A stretch of DNA of 64,000 nucleotides. Source: Verrucomicrobiia bacterium (GTDB taxonomy: Bacteria > Verrucomicrobiota > Verrucomicrobiia > Limisphaerales > UBA1319). The stretch lies in NCBI GenBank assembly GCA_963664225.1, contig OY760937.1, forward strand, positions 3,008,001 to 3,072,000, given 5' to 3'. The position numbers and the translations under genes are program-made. Shown here piece after piece: positions 39,129 through 46,745 of the stretch. The stretch's first letter is position 1, and the number at the start of each line of letters is the position of its first letter. The notes below the pieces were generated by a model that saw only the letters and a list, made by a program, of their open reading frames with translations, searched no databases and was not told the origin of the DNA.

Positions 39129-39245
39129 CATTCCTCCGTTCGCCAAGCCCACGCGGCGGCACCTTCCCAACCGCCCAATAAACCCGCCGCTCGCAATACT
39201 TCTCCCTCTCCGTCGCCAGATGGAGAGGGCCGGGGTGAGGCTCTC
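39129..39245 (+). repeat. Left direct repeat of DUF559 gene
   Basis: CATTCCTCCGTTCGCCAAGCCCACGCGGCGGCAC...CCCTCTCCGTCGCCAGATGGAGAGGGCCGGGGTGAGGCTCTC. Confidence 0.92.
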
Positions 39246-39288
39246 CTTTTCTATTCCATACACGGACATTGAATGCTACAATTCACTC

Positions 39289-39687
39289 ATGTCCAGCGCC
39301 GCCTGTGCTTTTCGTAAGAAGCCCACTTGGGCCGGACACCTTGTTTGGAGCTGGCTGCGTGACAGGCGGTTCAGCGCCTTCAAATTCCGTCGGGAACATC
39401 CCATGGGAAAATACTTCCTGGATTTTTACTGCGCTGAAGCCTGTCTCTCGATTGAACTCGACGGCGGACATCACGGATATCCTGAACAACAGGCTCACGA
39501 TGCCGAACGGACGAAATTCCTCACTGCACTGGGCATCAAAGAGCTGCGCTTCTGGAACTCACACTTGAGGCGCGACAAACAGGCGATTCGCGACACGATA
39601 TTCCGAGAGTTACAGGAGCGCGCACCGCATCCGCTTCCTCATTACACCCGGCCAATGACCCTGCCCGACAAATCTGGATCAATTTGA
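39289..39687 (+). CDS. DUF559 / Vsr-like endonuclease-domain protein
   Basis: W..LRDRR...KFRREHP.G.Y.LDFYC....L.IELDGGHH.....HDAERT.FL...GI..LRFWN. Confidence 0.88.
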   Translation: MSSAACAFRKKPTWAGHLVWSWLRDRRFSAFKFRREHPMGKYFLDFYCAEACLSIELDGGHHGYPEQQAHDAERTKFLTALGIKELRFWNSHLRRDKQAIRDTIFRELQERAPHPLPHYTRPMTLPDKSGSI

Positions 39688-39771
39688 GATCAAAACAAAA
39701 AACAGCCCTTGTGGAGACATTAACAGTGTTTAGCCATCCCCACTCAAACCCAGATAGCGGCATTCCAGTTT

Positions 39772-39889
39772 CATTCCTCCGTTCGCCAAGCCCACGCGGC
39801 GGCACTTTCCAAACCATCCAATTGTTCCAGAACCGTCCAATACTCCTCCCTCTCCGTCGCCAGATGGAGAGGGCCGGGGTGAGGCTCTC
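39772..39889 (+). repeat. Right direct repeat of DUF559 gene
   Basis: Same two conserved blocks as 39129-39245, with a divergent ~30-bp middle. Confidence 0.92.
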
Positions 39890-40161
39890 TGGTTTGAACT
39901 GCTGGGGCATTCAATACCTCATGCGTCCCCACCCGGCGTCCGGGGTTCGTCATTGCAGTTCGGTTGATTAAGAAACCGCCGCGTGCGTCGCCCCACGGAT
40001 CGCGACGTCCAAGGCTTCTGTATGGAGTCCCGTCTTTAGACGGCACAGTGCGCAAAAGCGAGTGTTCATGAATATTTTTAAACCTCTCGATAATCCGAAA
40101 ACCTTCGCGAAATCCCCAAGCTCACCATTGCTCTGTCTCCCATTCAAACGATTCCCTCCAA

Positions 40162-40264
40162 GCATCCCGGCAGGGATGCCAGCGATTAGCCGGGGGTCGA
40201 GGTCGTCCGCGACCGACACCCCCGGACACGCACCCCCAAACGATCACGATCCCGGCAGGGATCG
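40162..40264. repeat. Three-hairpin intergenic palindromic element
   Basis: GCATCCCGGCAGGGATGC ... CCGGGGGTC..GACACCCCCGG ... CGATCCCGGCAGGGATCG. Confidence 0.65.
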
Positions 40265-40466
40265 CAGACCCTTTTCAATGAGGTCGTGCGTCCCCGCCCG
40301 GTCAATCGCAATCAAGAACTCCGTAGGACCACCACGTTTATCCAACTTTAAAACCTCCATTTTCAATTATCCATTTCCTTCCTCGTCCGTGATATCAGTG
40401 GTTAAAAATCCTGCTCATCCTGCTTATTCATGTTGATATTTTTTCACCCACTTCTTTCCATGTAAT

Positions 40467-40651
40467 TTGTAACGAGTGACATCGCACTTTGGGTTCATGG
40501 GGAGGGCGGTCGTCCTTTCAGATCTGACTTTTGCCGGACCCTCAATCGGTCCCCGGCCATTCCCGAAGCTCTTGATAAATTTGTTTCGTATAGACTCACA
40601 GGCCCTTTTAAAGGTCTTTTTCGCTTGCCGAAGAATTCTGTCATGCACCCG
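40467..40651 (+). repeat. ~180-bp dispersed repeat, copy upstream of GH106
   Basis: Matches 37734-37917; its last 18 nt are identical to window positions 1-18. Confidence 0.92.
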
Positions 40652-40734
40652 TGGCAGGCTGAGCGATTGGATTTGCCACCAAAGCACGATCCCATTAAGA
40701 ATGGCGCTGTTGCATCCACACCGCCTTGAAATCC

Positions 40735-43704
40735 ATGCAAAAAATACGTTCGAACATTACGGCAACTTTCGCGCTCCTGGCGATGGTCTGCGCACTCCCC
40801 GGAAACGCGTCCGCCGTTGAATCGCTGCAGGAGAGCTTCGCTCATCCACCGTCCGCCGCAAAGCCATGGGTGTATTGGTATTTCATGGATGGCAACCTGA
40901 CACGCGAAGGAATGACCGCGGATCTGGAGGCCATGAAGCGCGCGGGCATCGGCGGAGGGACTTTTCTCGAGGTCAACATCGGCATACCGCGTGGACCGGT
41001 CGATTTTATGAGTCCGCAATGGCAGGACCTGTTCGCCCACGCCATGAGTGAGGCCGACCGGCTCGGCATCCAGATCGCGCTGGGGGCGGGTCCCGGCTGG
41101 TGCGGCACGGGCGGCCCTTGGATCAAGCCCGAGTTGTCGATGCAACACCTGGTCGCCAGCGAAACCAATATGACCGGGCCTGCAAAGTTCTCGGGAACAC
41201 TTCCGCAGCCACAGCCCCGCACCCCCTATTTCGGTGAAGGCACGCTGACGCCACCCCTCAAAAAACAATGGAAGGAGTTCTATCGCGACGTGGCTGTGCT
41301 GGCGTTTCCAACCCCTGCAGGCACCAACCGCATCGCGGATGTGGATGAAAAGGCCCTTTATTATCGGGAACCGTTTTCCTCGAAAGCCGGGGTGAAACCG
41401 TTTTTGCCCGCTCCGGCGGAATATCCGGTCCTCGCCGTCAATGCCTGTATTCCGACGGGCGGGATCGTGGACCTCACCAAAAAGATGTCTGCGGACGGTC
41501 AATTAACCTGGAGCGTGCCTCCGGGTCAGTGGACCATCATGCGCCTGGGCCGCACGCTCACCGGCCAGACCACGCGCCCGGCGCCGGACCCGGGTCTTGG
41601 CTTTGAGAGCGATAAGTTCGATCGCGCCGCACTCGACGCGCATTACGCGGACTTCATACAAAAGCTTTTATCGCGGGTGTCGCCGCACACCAATTCCAAC
41701 GGCGGCCTGACCATGCTGCATTTCGATAGCTGGGAAATGAGTTCGCAAAACTGGTCGCCCCGCTTTCGTGAGGAATTCAAGAAACGGCGCGGTTACGATC
41801 CGTTGAAGTATTTGCCCGCCTACACAGGCCGCATTGTGGACAGCGCGGAAATGTCCGAACGGTTTCTGTGGGATCTGCGCCAGACCGCGCAGGAGCTGGT
41901 GGTCGAAAACCACGTCGGCTACCTGAAAACATTGGCCCACAAAAACAGTCTCTCGTTTTCGGCGGAACCCTACGATCTGAACCCGTGCGGCGATCTGACC
42001 CTGGGCCGCGTGGCCGATGTGCCGCAATGCGAGTTCTGGTATCGCGGCTTCGATACGACTTACAGCGTCATCGAGGCGGCCTCCGTCGCGCACACCTGCG
42101 GGCGCAACATCGTGGTCGCGGAAGCCTTCACATCGGAGCCGGGGGAGGATTGGACGGCGGATCCGGCGGCGTTGAAACCGCTGGGCGACTGGGCCTTTTG
42201 CGCCGGGGTGAACCGTTTTGATTTCCACCGTTTCCAGGCCCAGCCCTGGAACGACCGCAAGCCGGGCATGACGATGGCCGATTATGGCGTTCACTGGGAC
42301 CGCACTCAGACCTGGTGGGACATGGTCCCGGCGTATCATGAATACCTCGCGCGCTGCCAGGCCCTGTTGCAGCGCGGTGTGACCGTGGCCGATGTCTGTT
42401 TCCTCGCGGCGGAAGGGGCGCCGCAGGTGTTTCGCCCGCCCACCTCCGCGGTGAGGGGGACACCGCCCGATCATTCCGGCTACAATTTCGATGGCTGCGC
42501 GCCGGAAACCCTGCTGGAACGCGCCGTGGTGAAAGAGGGGAATATTGTTTTCCCCGGCGGCACCAGTTATCGAATTCTGGTTCTTCCCGAGGTCCAGACA
42601 ATGACTCCCCAACTCCTGCGCAAAATCGAATCGCTTGTGCGCGCTGGTGCCACGGTTTGGGGGCCGGCGCCCGTAAAATCGCCAAGCCTGCAGAATTATC
42701 CAAAGTGCGATGCCGAGGTGAAGAAGCTCGCGCAGGAAATTTGGGGCAACTGCGATGGCAAAACCGTTTTCTCGCATGCATTGGGCAAGGGCAGGATGGT
42801 CTGGCTCAAGAACGAGATCAAGCCGACGGAGCAATACGGGGATTTCGCCGCCATCACCACTGTGCTCAGCGAAATGGAGGTGACGCCTGATTTTGAGGCC
42901 GATGGACCCATCCGGTTCACGCACCGCCGGGATGGAGAGGCGGAGGTTTATTTCGTTGCGAACCGCGAACCGCAGGCGGTCGAGGCCAGTTGCCTCTTTC
43001 GCATCGCCGGGAAGCAGCCCGAACTTTGGGACCCGATGACGGGCGCCACCCGCGCATTGCCGCAATTCACCGAGCGTGACGGACGCACCACCATCCCCAT
43101 GCGCTTTGAGGCGGCGCAGTCGTTCTTTGTCGTCTTTCGCGCGCCGGCAAAGAGCAATGAACCCGGCGCGCAGAATTTCACTCCCTTGAAACCGGCCTTC
43201 AGTTTGACAGGTTCCTGGGAAGTGAGCTTCGACCCCAAGTGGGGCGGGCCGGAAAAAATCAATTTCGATTCGCTCGCCGACTGGAGCCAGCGAACGGAGC
43301 CCGGCATCAAATACTATTCCGGCAAGGCAACCTATCGAAAAACGTTTGAAGTCCCGGACGCGCTCCTGGCATTGGGTCAAAAATGCACACTCGACCTGGG
43401 CGCGGTGAAAAATCTGGCGCGCGTTCGATTGAATGGACGCGATCTGGGGGTTGTGTGGTGCGCGCCGTGGCGCGTGGAAATCTCCGAAGCCCTGACCAAG
43501 GGAACCAATCGCCTGGAAATCGAATTGGTCAACCTGTGGGTCAACCGGTTGATCGGTGATAAGTCATTGCCGGAGAATCAAATGTACACCTGGACGACCC
43601 GGAATCCCTACAAAAAAGATTCGCCACTCCTCCCATCCGGCCTGCTTGGACCCGTGAGTGTTTTGACGGATGCGAAAACTACAATCAGGCCGCCCAACAA
43701 CTGA
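40735..43704 (+). CDS. Secreted GH106-like glycoside hydrolase (alpha-L-rhamnosidase-like)
   Basis: Signal peptide; PWVYWYFMDGN..REGMTADLEAMK, HFDSWE, PQCEFW, AEAFT, PGMTM..YG, VNLWVNRLIGD, PSGLLGPV. Confidence 0.88.
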   Translation: MQKIRSNITATFALLAMVCALPGNASAVESLQESFAHPPSAAKPWVYWYFMDGNLTREGMTADLEAMKRAGIGGGTFLEVNIGIPRGPVDFMSPQWQDLFAHAMSEADRLGIQIALGAGPGWCGTGGPWIKPELSMQHLVASETNMTGPAKFSGTLPQPQPRTPYFGEGTLTPPLKKQWKEFYRDVAVLAFPTPAGTNRIADVDEKALYYREPFSSKAGVKPFLPAPAEYPVLAVNACIPTGGIVDLTKKMSADGQLTWSVPPGQWTIMRLGRTLTGQTTRPAPDPGLGFESDKFDRAALDAHYADFIQKLLSRVSPHTNSNGGLTMLHFDSWEMSSQNWSPRFREEFKKRRGYDPLKYLPAYTGRIVDSAEMSERFLWDLRQTAQELVVENHVGYLKTLAHKNSLSFSAEPYDLNPCGDLTLGRVADVPQCEFWYRGFDTTYSVIEAASVAHTCGRNIVVAEAFTSEPGEDWTADPAALKPLGDWAFCAGVNRFDFHRFQAQPWNDRKPGMTMADYGVHWDRTQTWWDMVPAYHEYLARCQALLQRGVTVADVCFLAAEGAPQVFRPPTSAVRGTPPDHSGYNFDGCAPETLLERAVVKEGNIVFPGGTSYRILVLPEVQTMTPQLLRKIESLVRAGATVWGPAPVKSPSLQNYPKCDAEVKKLAQEIWGNCDGKTVFSHALGKGRMVWLKNEIKPTEQYGDFAAITTVLSEMEVTPDFEADGPIRFTHRRDGEAEVYFVANREPQAVEASCLFRIAGKQPELWDPMTGATRALPQFTERDGRTTIPMRFEAAQSFFVVFRAPAKSNEPGAQNFTPLKPAFSLTGSWEVSFDPKWGGPEKINFDSLADWSQRTEPGIKYYSGKATYRKTFEVPDALLALGQKCTLDLGAVKNLARVRLNGRDLGVVWCAPWRVEISEALTKGTNRLEIELVNLWVNRLIGDKSLPENQMYTWTTRNPYKKDSPLLPSGLLGPVSVLTDAKTTIRPPNN

Positions 43705-43808
43705 TACGGTTCCAATGGTATGTTGAAACCATGAAAAGAATAATGAGCTGCCGGGCGAATGTATTTGGTGGAGTTGAGGCGATCCTCCGTGTTGTTTAAC
43801 CAAGAGAT

Positions 43809-44297
43809 ATGACACCCGTTGGATATCAGCGATGGATCTGGACACTCACGGCGCTTTTGATCGCGGCATTCCTTTGCACGGGTTATTGGTTTGTGCGTTG
43901 GGGTTTTCTCCACGTGCAGGTTGCGTCTGGCGAGGAGCAGACGCGGATGTTTGAGGAATGTCTAAATCAGGCATTGCAGAGTACCCAGCCGGAACGGATC
44001 GTTGGATTGATGGAGGCTGCCATCATTTACTATCCATCTGGGACGAAGCAAACCGCCGGTTCGCATCTTGACCGAATGGTCGAGCGGAGTCGCCAGCGAA
44101 CGATTCAAGACATGATTACCCATTTACGAGCCACGACCAAAGCAGATTTGGGAAGCAATTCACAAGTGTGGATCGATCGATACGGAGAAAAAACACTCCT
44201 CCAATCAGATGGACCAACAAACGTGAGCCAGACGATACGCTCACTTACCAATGCAACGTCATCGGTGGCTGGCTCCCATCGCGAAACTCTGAAATAG
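43809..44297 (+). CDS. Hypothetical membrane-anchored protein, cassette-like
   Basis: 162 aa, N-terminal TM, lower GC; C-terminus runs through an imperfect palindrome. Confidence 0.65.
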   Translation: MTPVGYQRWIWTLTALLIAAFLCTGYWFVRWGFLHVQVASGEEQTRMFEECLNQALQSTQPERIVGLMEAAIIYYPSGTKQTAGSHLDRMVERSRQRTIQDMITHLRATTKADLGSNSQVWIDRYGEKTLLQSDGPTNVSQTIRSLTNATSSVAGSHRETLK

Positions 44298-44300
44298 GGC
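44199..44300 (+). other. Degenerate attC-like site
   Basis: Imperfect palindrome CCAATCAGA..GAGCCAG...CTGGCTC..TCTGAAATAGG; next ATG follows 6 bp later. Confidence 0.45.
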
Positions 44301-44306
44301 ACAAAC

Positions 44307-44618
44307 ATGCGACAAGTATTACTCATCATTTCGGTGGTTGGCTTTATTATTTGCTTTTTGAGTATCGATGCCTCCTTAGGCAGGCCTACATCTTTCGACC
44401 TACTGAACGATGCGGTTCAGAAAGCAGAAGCTCAATCGCCGGGCTTGGCACCGGAGTCGCGTAAGCAGATTCAGTTTTGCATCGGGGAGTTAAGACGCTT
44501 TCATTTGGCGGAGGTGGACCGTTGCGCTACAGCGCATCAAATTGCCTTGGGTGGGTTGTTTGGGATTTCACTGACTTCACTATTCCTTTATGTCTATTCG
44601 AGACGAAAGTGCGTCTAA
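44307..44618 (+). CDS. Small two-TM hypothetical protein, cassette-like
   Basis: 103 aa with hydrophobic ends; TAA lies inside GTCTAAT (R''-like). Confidence 0.6.
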   Translation: MRQVLLIISVVGFIICFLSIDASLGRPTSFDLLNDAVQKAEAQSPGLAPESRKQIQFCIGELRRFHLAEVDRCATAHQIALGGLFGISLTSLFLYVYSRRKCV

Positions 44619-44764
44619 TCAATGCGTTGCTGCGAACCTGCCACTCCGGCGTCCCTTTTGAGTGCCTCACAGCTTTCAGCATTTCAGTTTTGAATATTTC
44701 CACGTCTGTGCACCTGTTTTTCCGCCCCACCGGGTTCCCGTTCGTGCCAATTCAGATTTAGGGC
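44613..44764 (+). other. Degenerate attC-like site
   Basis: Begins GTCTAATCAATGCGTTGCTGCGAACC (R''/L''-like) and ends TTTAGGGC; the right arm is poorly complementary. Confidence 0.35.
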
Positions 44765-44952
44765 TGGAGGTTGGAATCGCGCGTTCGGTTCATTCAATTG
44801 TGTGCGACAGCTCTTTGTATATGCATTGGCAGCGTTCTTGAGGGTTTCTCCTTTTGAATGTGAAATTTGTTCTGCCCCCGCCAAGGAGCCAGGGACGTCA
44901 AATGGGTAATCCGCTTGCCGGGGTGGCCAGGACAGGCTAGGTTTCCTTCAAT

Positions 44953-46056
44953 ATGGCCGACCCTGAACCTCCGGTTTACGGAAATTTCAATCCGCCGCCT
45001 CTGACCGCGCCCGTGCCGCCACCCCGGCGCCGGGGCCGGGGGTGGATGGTGTTATCGCTGGTGCTGATGCTCCTGCTCTTCTTGGTCCTGGCCAGCGATT
45101 TCGTCCGCTTTGTCCACAGCCTCATGGGAGGCTCTCACGCCGCGCGCAGTCGTCCAAACAACCTCATTGAATCGGTGGTTGAGGACAATGGCGCAAAAGA
45201 TAAATTTGTGATCATCGATATCCAGGGGATCATCACCGGAGATCTATTGGATCGTGGAATGGACATGGTGGAGTTGGTCAAGGACCAGCTCAAGGCCGCC
45301 GCGGAGGACAAGGAAGTGCGCGCGGTCATTCTCAAGGTGGACTCCCCGGGGGGAGAAGTCATGGCTTCGGACGCGATCAGCGAGGCGATTTCCCGTTTTC
45401 AAAAAACGTCGCGAAAACCGGTCATCGCCTCGTTTGGAAGCGTGGCCGCCTCCGGTGGCTATTACGTCAGCGCGCCCTGCCGCTGGATTGTCGCCCATGA
45501 ATTGACGATGACCGGCAGCATTGGTGTCATCATGCATGGTTACAACTACCGGGGATTGCTCGATAAAGTGGGCGTGCGTCCGGTCGTTTTCAAAAGCGGT
45601 CCCTACAAGGACATGCTGCGCGGCGATAAAAGCGATGAGGAGATTCTGCCTGAAGAACGCCGCATGACCCAGGCCTTGATCGACCAGACTTACAACCGCT
45701 TCAAGGAAGTCGTGTCCGCAGGCCGACACGATTTCCGCGATAAGAATAAAAACTTCGGCAAAGCGCTGGTCAGCGACTGGGTTCAATACGCCGACGGCCG
45801 GGTTTTCTCCGGCAAGGAAGCTTTTCAATACGGGTTTGTGGATGAATTGGGGAATTTTGAGACGGCGGTGGAAAGGGCGAACATTTTGGCGGGAACACGC
45901 GAGGCCAACCTGATTCGCTATGAGATGCCCTTCGAATTGGGAAACATCCTGCGCATGTTTGTCAAGAGCCAGCCGCCTGTCATCAAGCTGGAGATGGGAG
46001 TGGAGGCGCCCAAACTCAAGGCCGGTCATCTCTATTTTCTGAATTCGGCTCTCTAA
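44953..46056 (+). CDS. sppA: Signal peptide peptidase SppA (S49)
   Basis: TM anchor; VDSPGGEV, AASGGYY, TGSIGVI, KSGPYKD, DGRVFSG..A...G.VDELG. Confidence 0.95.
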   Translation: MADPEPPVYGNFNPPPLTAPVPPPRRRGRGWMVLSLVLMLLLFLVLASDFVRFVHSLMGGSHAARSRPNNLIESVVEDNGAKDKFVIIDIQGIITGDLLDRGMDMVELVKDQLKAAAEDKEVRAVILKVDSPGGEVMASDAISEAISRFQKTSRKPVIASFGSVAASGGYYVSAPCRWIVAHELTMTGSIGVIMHGYNYRGLLDKVGVRPVVFKSGPYKDMLRGDKSDEEILPEERRMTQALIDQTYNRFKEVVSAGRHDFRDKNKNFGKALVSDWVQYADGRVFSGKEAFQYGFVDELGNFETAVERANILAGTREANLIRYEMPFELGNILRMFVKSQPPVIKLEMGVEAPKLKAGHLYFLNSAL

Positions 46057-46087
46057 ACGAATTATCGCACGGCGATTGATCCGAGAC

Positions 46088-46609
46088 ATGAGCGCTCTGG
46101 AACCACCAGATACGCATTATTTATCAGCCGCTGAGGGTTGGTTGATGCTTGGTGTATTGCACGAAGCACGCCGTGAGCTGGGCCGGGTCCAGCCTGAGAA
46201 CCGCCGCCATTCCGAGGTCCTGAAGGTGCGCTGGCGCATTTACGCCGCCGCCCACAAATGGCGTGCCTGCCTCTCTGTGGCCCAAACCCTGGTGTTTGAG
46301 GAGCCGGCCAATCCTTTTGGGTGGGTGCATCGTTCTTTCGCCCTGCACGAGATGCGCCGCACTCATGAGGCCTTTGAGGGGCTTCTTCCTGCCGTCGAGT
46401 TATTTAAGAAGGATTTCATCATTCCTTACAATCTCGCCTGTTATGCCTGCCAGTTGGGTCATCTTACGGAGGCATGGACGTGGTATCGACGCGCGCGCGG
46501 CCTGGCCGATGGCGGCATGGTTCAAGCCATGGCCTTGGAGGATAATGATTTACAACCAATATGGGATAAAATCCGCCTCCCGGGAAAACGCACCTCCAAT
46601 CCAACCTGA
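46088..46609 (+). CDS. TPR-like protein
   Basis: AAEGWL.LG, YNLACYACQLG, ALEDNDL.PIW helical repeats. Confidence 0.8.
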   Translation: MSALEPPDTHYLSAAEGWLMLGVLHEARRELGRVQPENRRHSEVLKVRWRIYAAAHKWRACLSVAQTLVFEEPANPFGWVHRSFALHEMRRTHEAFEGLLPAVELFKKDFIIPYNLACYACQLGHLTEAWTWYRRARGLADGGMVQAMALEDNDLQPIWDKIRLPGKRTSNPT

Positions 46610-46745
46610 GACACACTTGGAATAAGCAGACGCGAAATTTATGTTTAAGGCCGCAGACTGTTATGCCGATCTACAGTCATACAAAAGGCCCCGTTCCGGC
46701 TGTAATGCAATGGTATGCGGCATCGGGCCGGCTTTTTGTATAGAA

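Noticed and set aside
36565..39687. Anti-phage defence operon of exonuclease plus DUF559
   Set aside because: The genes are on opposite strands, separated by a GH43 gene, with no other defence components.
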